Positions 29,936 to 39,111 of a DNA stretch of 55,483 nt are shown here, piece by piece. Below the pieces are notes generated by a model that saw only the letters and a list, made by a program, of their open reading frames with translations, did no database searches and was not told the DNA's origin. Source of the DNA: Gemmatimonadaceae bacterium (GTDB taxonomy: Bacteria; Gemmatimonadota; Gemmatimonadetes; Gemmatimonadales; Gemmatimonadaceae); contig DATNAM010000161.1 in the NCBI GenBank assembly GCA_035572595.1, forward strand, positions 1-55,483. Direction: 5' to 3'. The position numbers were made by a program, and so were the translations under genes. Every line of letters begins with the position of its first letter. The first letter of the stretch is position 1.

Positions 29936-30529
29936 ATGTCGCGTGGCGTCACACGCAACCTTCCAACGCATGGACTCGAGCATACCGACCTCGGCGGTTC
30001 GCTCGACGAACGCCGCGCGCTCGACGACCTCTTCAGCGCGACGTACGAGGAGCTGCGGCGTCTCGCCTCCGCCGTAAGGCGCGACGATCCCAACGCGACG
30101 CTCACGCCGACGACGCTCGTCAACGAAGCGTGGCTCAAGCTCGCGCAGTCGCCCCAGCTCGCGTCTGTGCCGCTGCTGCACTTCAAGCGCATTGCGGCGC
30201 GGGCGATGCGCCAGGTACTCATCGAAGCGGCGCGTCGCCGTAAGGCAACGAAGCGCGGCGGCGCGGTTGCGATCGTCACGTTCGACGACGCGCTGGCCGT
30301 GGCCGCGAATGGAGCGGCCGCGGCCGACGATTTGTTGGCGCTCGACGAAGCACTGGAAGAATTGGCGCGCATTCATCCGCGGCAGGCGCTGATGGTGGAA
30401 TACCGCTTCTTCGGCGGTCTCGACATCGCGGAGACGGGCGCGCTGCTCGGCGTGTCCGAAGCGACGATCCTGCGCGACTGGCGCGCGGCCCGGGCGTGGC
30501 TCGCCCGCGAGCTGCGCCGCGCGCGGTAA
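29936..30529 (+). CDS. ECF-type sigma factor (Sigma70_ECF family, kinase-associated type)
   Basis: Shows TTLVNEAWLKL, RRRKATKRGG and FFGGLDIAETGALLGVSEATILRDWRAARAWL. The start is ATG 29936, after GGAGA. Confidence 0.85.
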   Translation: MSRGVTRNLPTHGLEHTDLGGSLDERRALDDLFSATYEELRRLASAVRRDDPNATLTPTTLVNEAWLKLAQSPQLASVPLLHFKRIAARAMRQVLIEAARRRKATKRGGAVAIVTFDDALAVAANGAAAADDLLALDEALEELARIHPRQALMVEYRFFGGLDIAETGALLGVSEATILRDWRAARAWLARELRRAR

Positions 30530-30551
30530 CCTCCGCCTAACGGAGCGCTCC

Positions 30552-33227
30552 ATGGACGCCGAGCGCTGGACCCGCATCCAGGAGCTCTTCCACCAGGCCG
30601 CCGAGCTCCCGACGGCGGAGCAGGCGGCGTTCCTGGACGCCGAGTGCGGCGGCGACCTCGAGTTGCGCGACGATGTGTTTGCACTGCTCGAGGAGGACGC
30701 GCGCGGCGCGTCGCTCCTCGACCGCGACGTGGCGCACGTGGCTAACGAAGTGTTGGGCCGCGGTGCGCCGCACCAGCTGCCCGACACCTTCGGCCCGTAT
30801 CGCATCACGCGGCTGCTCGGCGAAGGCGGCATGGGCGTGGTGTATCTCGCCCGCCGCGATGACCTGGGCAGCGATGCCGCGATCAAGATTCTGCGCGACG
30901 CGTGGCTGTCACCGGCGCGCCGCGAGCGCTTCGCGATCGAACAGCGCACGCTCGCCCAACTGAACCATCCGCTCATCGCGCGGCTCTACGACGCGGACGC
31001 GCTCCCCGACGGCACGCCGTGGTTCGTCATGGAGTACGTCGACGGCGTACCGCTCACCGACTACTGCCGCGATCACGCATCGTCGCTGACGGACCGGCTG
31101 CGATTGTTCCGCAGCGTGTGCGAAGCGGTGCAGCACGCGCATGGCCACGCGATCGTCCACCGCGATCTCAAGCCGTCCAACATCTTCGTGATGCAGGACG
31201 GCACGGTAAAGCTCTTGGATTTCGGCATCGCCAAGCAGCTCGATGAGAGCGGCGCCGACCCGGATCACACGCGCACCGGCTTGCGGTTGATGACGCCGGC
31301 TTACGCGGCGCCCGAACAGATTCGGGCCGGCCGCGTCGGCATTCACACCGACATCTATTCGCTCGGCGTCGTGCTGTACGAGCTGCTCACGGGGCGTCTG
31401 CCGTTCGACGTGTCGCACTGCACGCCGGCGGAGGCCGAGACGCTGATCGCCGAGCGCGATCCGGTGAAGCCGTCGGCGGTGGCGAGGCGGCGGCTCGAGC
31501 ACGAGGGCATTGGCGCGCGCGTGCCCGCGGCGAGCAGGGGCGAGTGGGACGACCTGGACGTGCTGTGCCTAACGGCAATGCACAAAGAGCCGGCGCGGCG
31601 CTACGCCACGGTGGATGCGCTCATCCGCGACATCGACCGCTACCTGGGCGGCCAGCCGCTCGAGGCGCGTCGCGACAGCGTCCGCTACCGGTCGGCCAAG
31701 TTCCTGCGCCGAAACTGGCGGTCCGTATCGGCCGCGGCCGCGATGTTCGTGATCGTGGTAGGATTGGTGGTGTTCTACACCGTGCGCCTGACCAACGCGC
31801 GCAACGCTGCGTTAGGCGAGGCGGCCCGCGCCCAGCGGGTGCAGGGCTTCATGGTCAACCTGTTCCAGGGCGGCGGCGGCGACGTCGCCCCCGCCGACAG
31901 CCTGCGCGTCGTCACCATGCTCGACCGCGGCCTCAAGGAAGCGCGCGCCCTGGACGGCGTCCCGCAAGCCCAGGCCGAGCTCTACGAAACGCTCGGCAGC
32001 ATCTATCAGGAGCTCGGCAAGTACGATCGCGCCGATACGCTGCTCCGCGCCGCCCTGGCCGAACGCCGCGCGCTCTTCCGCGGCGACCATCCGGACGTCG
32101 CCAACAGCCTCGTTGCGTTAGGCCTGTTGTTCGATGCCCAGGCGCAATACGATTCCGCCGAACACCTGATCCGCCAGGCGCTCGCCATGCAGCAGCGACT
32201 GCTGCCGCCGGGCGATCCGGCCATCGCCAAGACCACCGCCTCGTTGGGCCGGGTGTTCGATGATCAAGGCCACTACCCCGAGGCGATCGCAACGCTCGGC
32301 CAGGCCGTGCAGCTGCTGTCGGCGCCGGGTTCGCAGGCGTCAGACCTCGCCGCTACGATAACCGAGCTCGCGAACACGCATTTTTACGCGGGCCACTTTG
32401 CGATTTCCGATTCGCTCAATCGACGCGCCCTGGAGATGGACCGCAGCCTGTACGGGCCGCGGCATCCTAACGTCGCCGACGACCTGATCAACCTCGGCGC
32501 CATCCAGTACGAGTACGGCCACTACTTCGCCGCCGAACGGTACTATCGCGAAGCGCTCGGCATCATTCGCGCGTGGTATGGCAATGACAATCCGGAAACC
32601 GCGTCCGCGCTGACGATGCTCGGCCGCACGCTCATCGATGAGAAGAAATACGACGAAGCCGCCACACTCCTGGCCGAAGCGCTCCCCATCCAGGAGCGGA
32701 CCTACGGGTTGGTGCATCCGCGCGTCGCGTCGGCGCTCAACGAGCTCGGAAAGGTGGCCCAGGCGCGCGGACGGTTGGACGAAGCCGCGCAGGATTTCCG
32801 CCGCATGGCCGACATCTACCGGCAGATCTATCACGACAAGCACTACCTCATCGGCATCGCGCTGTCGAATCTGGCGAACGTGTACGTCGAGAAGAAACAA
32901 TACGGCGTCGCCGATTCGCTATTCCGCGATGTGATTCGCCGTTATGCCGACGTCCTGGCGCCCAATCATCAGCTGGTTGGAATCGTCCACGTGCGCCTGG
33001 GTCACACGCTGGTGCAGGAGCACCGCTATGCGGACGCCGAGAAGGAGCTGACGGTTGGCTACGGCATCCTCAAGGCACAGCCGGATCCTCCAGAAACTTG
33101 GTTCAACCTTGCACGAAACGATCTGGTGGCCGTGTACGATTCCCTCAAGCAGCCCGACAAAGCGGTGCCCTTCCGCGCCGAGCTGGCGCAGGCCAAGAAA
33201 GCACCCGACACGGTGGCGCCACACTGA
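30552..33227 (+). CDS. Membrane Ser/Thr protein kinase with a C-terminal TPR domain
   Basis: Kinase subdomains GEGGMGVVYLA, AIKIL, HRDLKPSNI, DFGIAK and APE are present. There is a TM helix AAAAMFVIVVGLVVFYTV. About 480 aa of TPR-like repeats follow. Confidence 0.92.
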   Translation: MDAERWTRIQELFHQAAELPTAEQAAFLDAECGGDLELRDDVFALLEEDARGASLLDRDVAHVANEVLGRGAPHQLPDTFGPYRITRLLGEGGMGVVYLARRDDLGSDAAIKILRDAWLSPARRERFAIEQRTLAQLNHPLIARLYDADALPDGTPWFVMEYVDGVPLTDYCRDHASSLTDRLRLFRSVCEAVQHAHGHAIVHRDLKPSNIFVMQDGTVKLLDFGIAKQLDESGADPDHTRTGLRLMTPAYAAPEQIRAGRVGIHTDIYSLGVVLYELLTGRLPFDVSHCTPAEAETLIAERDPVKPSAVARRRLEHEGIGARVPAASRGEWDDLDVLCLTAMHKEPARRYATVDALIRDIDRYLGGQPLEARRDSVRYRSAKFLRRNWRSVSAAAAMFVIVVGLVVFYTVRLTNARNAALGEAARAQRVQGFMVNLFQGGGGDVAPADSLRVVTMLDRGLKEARALDGVPQAQAELYETLGSIYQELGKYDRADTLLRAALAERRALFRGDHPDVANSLVALGLLFDAQAQYDSAEHLIRQALAMQQRLLPPGDPAIAKTTASLGRVFDDQGHYPEAIATLGQAVQLLSAPGSQASDLAATITELANTHFYAGHFAISDSLNRRALEMDRSLYGPRHPNVADDLINLGAIQYEYGHYFAAERYYREALGIIRAWYGNDNPETASALTMLGRTLIDEKKYDEAATLLAEALPIQERTYGLVHPRVASALNELGKVAQARGRLDEAAQDFRRMADIYRQIYHDKHYLIGIALSNLANVYVEKKQYGVADSLFRDVIRRYADVLAPNHQLVGIVHVRLGHTLVQEHRYADAEKELTVGYGILKAQPDPPETWFNLARNDLVAVYDSLKQPDKAVPFRAELAQAKKAPDTVAPH

Positions 33228-33334
33228 GCGCCGGGCGTCCGGCGGCCCCCCAAGCGGTGTCCCGGAATACTCCCGCCGCCGTGGATTCTCATTAGGTTAG
33301 GTGTGTTCCCGACGCGCACACTTCGAGGCCAGCG

Positions 33335-33598
33335 ATGCCCTACGTTATTACCGAGACCTGCATTGGCGTAAAGGACAAGGCGTGCGTAGATGTGTGTCCC
33401 GTGGACTGCATCTACGAGGGGCCGGACCAGCTGTTCATTCATCCGGACGAGTGTATCGACTGCGGAGCATGCGAGCCGGAGTGTCCAGTAACCGCGATAT
33501 TCCCGGAAGAGGATGTGCCTGCGAACCAGAAACAGTTCGTGCAGATCAACCGGGACGTATTCAAGGGCGATTCTCCGCCCGCCCGTCCGACGCGCTGA
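33335..33598 (+). CDS. fdxA: 7Fe-type ferredoxin
   Basis: Reads MPYVITETCIGVKDKACVDVCPVDCIYEG...CIDCGACEPECPVTAI, matching the [3Fe-4S][4Fe-4S] FdxA pattern. Confidence 0.9.
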   Translation: MPYVITETCIGVKDKACVDVCPVDCIYEGPDQLFIHPDECIDCGACEPECPVTAIFPEEDVPANQKQFVQINRDVFKGDSPPARPTR

Positions 33599-33620
33599 CG
33601 CCCTTTCAGGGGCCGATCAC

Positions 33621-33660
33621 GGGGGACGTCACGGTTAGGCGTGACGTCCCCCGTATTTTT
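33621..33660 (+). terminator. Rho-independent terminator of the ferredoxin gene
   Basis: A 12-bp perfect stem GGGGGACGTCAC / GTGACGTCCCCC closes the loop GGTTAGGC and is followed by GTATTTTT. Confidence 0.85.
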
Positions 33661-33662
33661 AC

Positions 33663-33860
33663 CTAACGATTGGCGCGGGTGCGGCGCGATTCGCGTCCGG
33701 CGAGCGCCCAGGCGATGGGGCCGACGACCGGCAGCACCACCGCGACCACGGTCCACACGATCTTCGCCCGGCGGGAATGACCGTGCGCGTGCCAGATCGA
33801 GATGAGCGCGAGCACGAGGAGCAGCGCCGCCGCGGCGATGACCCATGCCAGTCGCGTCAT
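33663..33860 (-). CDS. PLD-nuclease N-terminal (PLDc_N) domain small membrane protein
   Basis: Shows the family pattern KIVWTVVAVVLPVVGPIAWALAGR. I took the start at MTRLAWV (ATG 33860). Confidence 0.6.
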   Translation of the reverse strand: MTRLAWVIAAAALLLVLALISIWHAHGHSRRAKIVWTVVAVVLPVVGPIAWALAGRESRRTRANR

Positions 33861-33916
33861 GTCCCACCCCACCACCGGGAGCCGCCACGTTGCGTTAGCC
33901 GCCGCGCCGATGACCA

Positions 33917-34726
33917 TCAGAGCGCCTGCGCGGTATCGCACGCCGCCGCCCATGCGCCGACGATGGCGTTGAATGCGGCCGGCCGCTCCATGTTGCTCAC
34001 ATGGCCCGCTCCGCGAATCACATCGAGACGGCTTCCGGGGACGAGCGCGTGCACGCGCTCGGACTCGACGGGCGGGGTGAAAACGTCCTCGTCGCCTACC
34101 ACGACCAGCGTCGGCACCGAAATGGTCGAGAGCGTGCTCGACGAATCGGGACGCGCCATCATCGCGCCGAGCGCCCCGGTCACGCCGTCATCGCTCGCGC
34201 GGCGAGACATGGCGCGCACTGCCGACTCGATTTCAGGCTGTCGTGCGCGCGTGGTGGCGCCAAGCTGCGCCGCCGCGTGCTGCATCGGAATCGCCGACAC
34301 GCCGCCTTCGCGTACCAGCTCGATCATCTCGCGGCGCCGCGCGCGGACCGCGTCGCTATCGGCGCCCGCGCGCGTGCCGGCAAAAATGAAAGCCTGCACC
34401 CGATGCGCGTGGCGGCGCCACATCGCGAACGCGATGCAACCGCCCATCGAAAGGCCGGCGACCACGGCGCGCTCGACGCCAATCGCATCGAGGAGCGCGG
34501 CGAAATCGTCGGCGTACTGGTCCATGGAGTAAGGCGGGGCGGCGCTACTCTCGCCGAACCCACGCACGTCCACCGCCACGCACCGGTAGATCGCCGACAG
34601 CGCGTGCATCTGCGGCGCCCACAGCGTCCGATCATGCGGGAATCCATGCACGAGCAGCAGCGTCGGACTGCGCGATGTACCGGACACGTCGTACTCGAGG
34701 TCTACATCGGCGAGTCGGCATTTCAT
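33917..34726 (-). CDS. Alpha/beta hydrolase
   Basis: Has LLLVHGFPHD and the nucleophile elbow GLSMGG. Its ATG overlaps the upstream gene's stop (ATGA). Confidence 0.85.
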   Translation of the reverse strand: MKCRLADVDLEYDVSGTSRSPTLLLVHGFPHDRTLWAPQMHALSAIYRCVAVDVRGFGESSAAPPYSMDQYADDFAALLDAIGVERAVVAGLSMGGCIAFAMWRRHAHRVQAFIFAGTRAGADSDAVRARRREMIELVREGGVSAIPMQHAAAQLGATTRARQPEIESAVRAMSRRASDDGVTGALGAMMARPDSSSTLSTISVPTLVVVGDEDVFTPPVESERVHALVPGSRLDVIRGAGHVSNMERPAAFNAIVGAWAAACDTAQAL

Positions 34727-35868
34727 TGGTGCCGCCCTTCTTCCGAGGCCCCGGCGTGGGCCGTGTGTGCGCCGTCGCTCACGCTTCGTGCGTCGAACGT
34801 CAGCCAGTACAGGATTGTCGCGTCCGTCGTTTGTGCGAGGTCCATGGCCGCCGCGAACGCCTTCGCGCCGTACGTCTCATCGAGGATGACACCGGTGGCG
34901 CGTTGGAGTAGGCCGCGCACCTCTCGTGCCGCGCCCAACGGCCGCCCGTACGCGCCGCCATAGTATCGATGCAGCACGCGCACGGCGCGACGACGCACGC
35001 GCGGCACCCGAGTGCCCGTGGTCCGCTCGATGAGACGGGCACAGCGGTGCGCCAATGCGAGGACGCGCCATCGGTTGGACACGACGCGCGGCACCACGCG
35101 CACGCCGACGACTTCCGTTTCGAGTCCCGCGATGGCGAATCCGAGGGCGAGTCCGGCGGCCGTGCCGCCAGTGCCTAACGGAAGGACGACGTATGCCGGC
35201 GCCGGGGCTTCGCCGCGCGCGACCTGCGCCGCCAGCTCGAGCCCCGCGTTCACCGCGCCCAACATCCCGGCCGGCGATGCGCCGCCCGGCGGGATGCGCC
35301 ACACCGTCCCCCGTCCCCGCGCGCGGCGCGACGCAAACCAGCCGCGTACGATCGCGCGAACCGCATCGCCCTCGCTCTGCACGTGGTCCGCCAACTCGCG
35401 CGTGCGGCGGTCCACCTGCCGCGCGATTTCGTTCATCTCGTGACGCCATCGTATCGCAATGGTGCGCGCGCCGAGCCGGCGCGCGAGCGCGACCGTGGCC
35501 AGGACGTGCGTCGATCCGTCGCCGCCGAACGTGATCACCGTGTCGCCGCGCTGCACGCGACCGAGCAAGAACTCGAGCGCGCGGAGCTTGTTGCCGCCTG
35601 CGCACCGTGCCTCGGTCTCTGCCAGGCGGCTCGCATTGAGATCATCGCGTTTCATCCACAGTGCGCCGCGCACGCCGGGCAACGGCACGCGTTCCACCGG
35701 TGTCGGGAATGCGCCGAAGCCGACGCGCCCGAGTGTCGCCAGCAACGGGAATCGCGCGAACAGCTCGAGCTCCCGCGCTTCGTGATCGCCGCATGGACCC
35801 GGCGCCGCGTCCGCGCATGGCGCGTCGCGCGCGCCATGGGTATCGTTGCGTCGGGAGGTATCCAGCAT
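34723..35868 (-). CDS. PLP-dependent ACC deaminase / D-cysteine desulfhydrase family enzyme
   Basis: Has the PLP-lysine motif GGNKLRALEFLL and a fold type II pattern. The start is uncertain because the only in-frame start overlaps the divergent small ORF by 2 nt. Confidence 0.8.
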   Translation of the reverse strand: MLDTSRRNDTHGARDAPCADAAPGPCGDHEARELELFARFPLLATLGRVGFGAFPTPVERVPLPGVRGALWMKRDDLNASRLAETEARCAGGNKLRALEFLLGRVQRGDTVITFGGDGSTHVLATVALARRLGARTIAIRWRHEMNEIARQVDRRTRELADHVQSEGDAVRAIVRGWFASRRARGRGTVWRIPPGGASPAGMLGAVNAGLELAAQVARGEAPAPAYVVLPLGTGGTAAGLALGFAIAGLETEVVGVRVVPRVVSNRWRVLALAHRCARLIERTTGTRVPRVRRRAVRVLHRYYGGAYGRPLGAAREVRGLLQRATGVILDETYGAKAFAAAMDLAQTTDATILYWLTFDARSVSDGAHTAHAGASEEGRHQ

Positions 35869-36052
35869 GAAATATCCGGTCGACTACCTGCGCTATGCCG
35901 CGCGCGAGGTACGGAAGGTCGAAAGCCGCATGCGCGTCGGTGAAGACGCGCCGCTGTCGAAAGACGAGATGGCCGATCTGTTCAAGACCATCTGGAAAGC
36001 GCTGGACGAAATCGGAGACGCCATCGAAGGGCTCCAGCGATCGCGGGACTAA
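35867..36052 (+). CDS. Small hypothetical protein (61 aa)
   Basis: GGGAGG lies 8 nt upstream of ATG 35867. The translation is MKYPVDYLRYAAREVRKVESRMRVGEDAPLSKDEMADLFKTIWKALDEIGDAIEGLQRSRD, with coding-like codon usage. Confidence 0.45.
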   Translation: MKYPVDYLRYAAREVRKVESRMRVGEDAPLSKDEMADLFKTIWKALDEIGDAIEGLQRSRD

Positions 36053-36103
36053 CGGAATGATCGGCGCACGGCGGGACGACCGCCGCGCGCGCGGGACGTA
36101 TGC

Positions 36104-37297
36104 CTAACTGCTGGCTTCGAGTTGCGCTTCGGTGAGCGGTCCCTCGCGCTCCACGTAAAGAATGCGCAGCGGCACCATGATCGCCGCGAGCAACGGGACG
36201 GCCGTCATGAGCCCGAGAAATCCGAACAGCATCGCCATCACCGCCTGGGCCAGAATCGTGAGCACCGGCGGCAGATCGATGCCTCCCTTCATCAACATCG
36301 GAATCAGAATCTGGCCTTCGGTCTGTTGAATCGCGATGTACGCGATCGTCACCGACAGCGCCTTCTCGGGCGAGTCGAGGAATCCCATCGCGATCGCCGG
36401 CACCGCGCTCAGTACGGGTCCTATGGTGGGCACGAACTCGAGCACGCCCGCCAGCAGGCCTAACGCAAACGGCGCCTTGACCCCGAGGATGAGCAGCACG
36501 AGCGTGCTCACGACGCCGATCACCACCATCGCGATGAGCTGCGTCACCAGCCACTTGCGGAGCTTCACCGCCATCTGGCTCAGCACCCGCGACGCGATCC
36601 CGCGCGATTCCGGCGGCACGAGCACCAGAAAGCCGCGGCGATACAAACCCGGATCCACCGCCACGTAGATCGCCAGAAACAGCATCACGATGATGCCCGC
36701 GATCGCCGCCAGCGTCGACGTCAAGAACGGGAACACGTAGCGCGTGGCGCTCTGCAGCTGCCGACCAATGCCTTCGACTAACGGACTCGGCGGAGCGCCC
36801 TGGGCCGTGTCTGTCCGCGCCTCGGCTGTCCCGCGACCCGCCGCCGCGGCAGCGCCGCCCTGGGGAGCCGCCCTCGCGCCGCTGTCGCTCGCGGTGCGCG
36901 GTCCCATCACCGCGCGCATCAACCCGCCCTTCGTCTGCAACCATCCTTCCACTCGCACCTGCGCTTCGGGCAACCGCGACTCGAGCACGGTGAGCTGGTC
37001 GCTCACCGTCGGCGCGATCACCGCACCCGCGCCGTACAACAACGCGAAGAACGCAGCGACGATGGTCGCCGCACCGATCGCGCGCGGCACCCGAAATCGC
37101 GCCAGCTGGTCCACGCCCGCCGAAATCGCGAGGCCGAAGAGGACGCCGAGGAACGCCACCAGCACCAGCGCGTTCGCAAACCACAACAGCCGCAACACGA
37201 AGTACAACCCAAACACGATGGCGGCCACGCGCAGCACGTCGCGCGAGCGCCAGGCATTCCCGGGCGGCGGGAATCTGCGTGATACCGCGTCGGACAT
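36104..37297 (-). CDS. AI-2E family (PerM/UPF0118) transporter
   Basis: Shows LLAGVLEFVPTIGPVLSAVPAIAMGF and multiple TM helices. I took the start at MSDAVSRR (ATG 37297). The stop lies inside a motif copy. Confidence 0.85.
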   Translation of the reverse strand: MSDAVSRRFPPPGNAWRSRDVLRVAAIVFGLYFVLRLLWFANALVLVAFLGVLFGLAISAGVDQLARFRVPRAIGAATIVAAFFALLYGAGAVIAPTVSDQLTVLESRLPEAQVRVEGWLQTKGGLMRAVMGPRTASDSGARAAPQGGAAAAAGRGTAEARTDTAQGAPPSPLVEGIGRQLQSATRYVFPFLTSTLAAIAGIIVMLFLAIYVAVDPGLYRRGFLVLVPPESRGIASRVLSQMAVKLRKWLVTQLIAMVVIGVVSTLVLLILGVKAPFALGLLAGVLEFVPTIGPVLSAVPAIAMGFLDSPEKALSVTIAYIAIQQTEGQILIPMLMKGGIDLPPVLTILAQAVMAMLFGFLGLMTAVPLLAAIMVPLRILYVEREGPLTEAQLEASS

Positions 37298-37461
37298 GGA
37301 TACCGTCGCAGAAAAGGTGTGGATCAGCGCTGCGTTCGGACTCCAAGGTAGCAGTCCGCTTCCTTTCGCGCGTCCCGCGCGAGAGAATTCACGAACACCT
37401 GGCCTGACCACCTCCTGCCCACGCGGCCGCCGGGCCGGACAGCATTACGAGGTAAGTTCGC

Positions 37462-38646
37462 GTGCCGTCGCATCATTCTTCGCCGTCCCCGCCTCGATCG
37501 CCCGCCAGGCCCGGCACGTCGTCCACCTTGTACATCGATACGCCCGAAGCAGCCGATCGCTTCCTGGCATCGCTCGGCGATCCGCCGCAGGTGGCCGTCG
37601 ACACCGAGGGTGCGAGCTTCCACCGATTCGTCGACCGGATTTATCTGCTGCAGATCAGCACGGCGTCGGCGAACGCGATTCTCGACCCGCTCACGATCGG
37701 GAAGCCGCGCCGATTGGGCGAGCTGCTCGAGAGCACCACGTCGGAGACGGTGTTCCACGACGCCGACTACGATTTGCGTCTCCTGTTCCAGGATTACGGC
37801 TGGCACGCCCGTCATCTTTTCGACACGCGCATCGCCGCCCAACTGCTCGGCATCCGGGCATTCGGACTGGCCGCGCTGCTCGAGCAATTTCTTGGCGTGA
37901 AGCTCGACAAGAAACACCAGCGCGCGGATTGGTCGATGCGGCCGCTGCCGCAGGACATGCTCGACTACGCGACGCAGGACACGATGCACCTGCTGCAGCT
38001 TCGCGATCGACTGGCGGCCGAGCTCGAGCAGAAGGGCCGGTCCGAATGGGCGCGCGAAGAATTCGAGCGGCTCGAGGGTACGCGGTGGGATCCCGACGCC
38101 TCGCTCGATGCGTACCTGCGCATGAAAGGCGCACGCGACTTGTCACGGCGCGAGCTGGCGATTCTGCGCGAGCTCGTGGCCTGGCGCGACGGCGTGGCAC
38201 GAGAGCTCGATCGTGCGACGTTTCGTGTGGCGGGCAACGAGACGCTGCTCGATCTGTCCCGCGCCGCGCCGCGCACCGTGGATGCCCTGCGCGAAATCAA
38301 AGGGATGCCGCGCGGCGTGATCGAGCGCCGCGGCGTGAGCGTGCTCGATGCCATCGCGCGCGGCGTGGCCATGCCCGAGGATCAGCTGCCGCGATTCCCG
38401 CGCGTTCCGCGATGGGAGCGCGATCCGGATTTCGACCATCGCGTCAACCGGCTGCGCTCGATCCGCGAGACGATCGCCCAACGATTGGATCTCGATCCGG
38501 GGTTTCTCATCTCGCGCGAGCGGTTGGAAACCATCGCCCGCAAGCGGCCGACGTCGATGGAAGAGCTCGCGGCGGCCGATGACCTCCGCCGGTGGCAGAT
38601 CGACGTGATGGGGAAGGAGCTGCTGCGCGCGCTCGCCGACGCCTAA
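37462..38646 (+). CDS. rnd: Ribonuclease D (DEDDy 3'-5' exonuclease plus HRDC)
   Basis: The exonuclease motifs are VAVDTEGAS, HDADYDLRLL and DYATQDTMHLL. The C-terminus is HRDC-like. The start is GTG and the stop TAA lies inside a motif copy. Confidence 0.9.
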   Translation: MPSHHSSPSPPRSPARPGTSSTLYIDTPEAADRFLASLGDPPQVAVDTEGASFHRFVDRIYLLQISTASANAILDPLTIGKPRRLGELLESTTSETVFHDADYDLRLLFQDYGWHARHLFDTRIAAQLLGIRAFGLAALLEQFLGVKLDKKHQRADWSMRPLPQDMLDYATQDTMHLLQLRDRLAAELEQKGRSEWAREEFERLEGTRWDPDASLDAYLRMKGARDLSRRELAILRELVAWRDGVARELDRATFRVAGNETLLDLSRAAPRTVDALREIKGMPRGVIERRGVSVLDAIARGVAMPEDQLPRFPRVPRWERDPDFDHRVNRLRSIRETIAQRLDLDPGFLISRERLETIARKRPTSMEELAAADDLRRWQIDVMGKELLRALADA

Positions 38647-38663
38647 CGGAGTTATCGTTAGGC
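38641..38663. repeat. Inverted pair of the heptamer motif: GCCTAACG-gagttat-CGTTAGGC
   Basis: An 8-bp perfect stem with a 7-nt loop lies between the convergent rnd and DUF59 genes. Confidence 0.85.
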
Positions 38664-38674
38664 ACGCACGGCGG

Positions 38675-39074
38675 TCAGAACCCCAGGTACGCCTTGATGC
38701 GGGGTTCCATCCGATCGGGGCTCCACATCGGGTCCCACACGAGATTCATCACGACATCCTCGACGCCCGGCAGCGTGCGGATCTGCTGCTCGGCCATGGT
38801 GATGATCTCGGGACCCGACGGACATCCGGGCGACGTGAGTGTCACGTCCACAGTCACGAAGCCACCGCTCACGGTCACGGCGTACACCAGACCCAAGTCG
38901 ACGATGTTGAGGTTGAGCTCGGGATCCTTGACCCGGCGCAGCGTCGCCTTGACGACGTCGACGGTCAACGCACCGGCGGGCTGCGCCGACGGATCGGCGG
39001 ACGCCGGTGGCGCGGTGGGCGACTCGGGCTGGCCGGGTTCGAGATGGTCACTCATATGGGGTTCGGCTGGCATC
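38675..39074 (-). CDS. DUF59/MIP18 family Fe-S cluster assembly protein (SufT/PaaD-like)
   Basis: Shows VKDPELNLNIVDLGLVY ... TLTSPGCPSGP. The start is ambiguous (ATG 39074 or 39055). I rejected the longer ORF-track extension because it overlaps the hydrolase gene. Confidence 0.8.
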
Positions 39075-39111
39075 TCCTGCAACTTCACCGTCGCCGAACC
39101 GCCGGGCAAGG

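Noticed and set aside
30070-30080. GTAAGGC (one mismatch from the motif) occurs about four times, near 5577, 30073, 30241 and 34529.
   Set aside because: There are too few copies to separate from chance or from decay of the main motif. I did not count them in the motif total.
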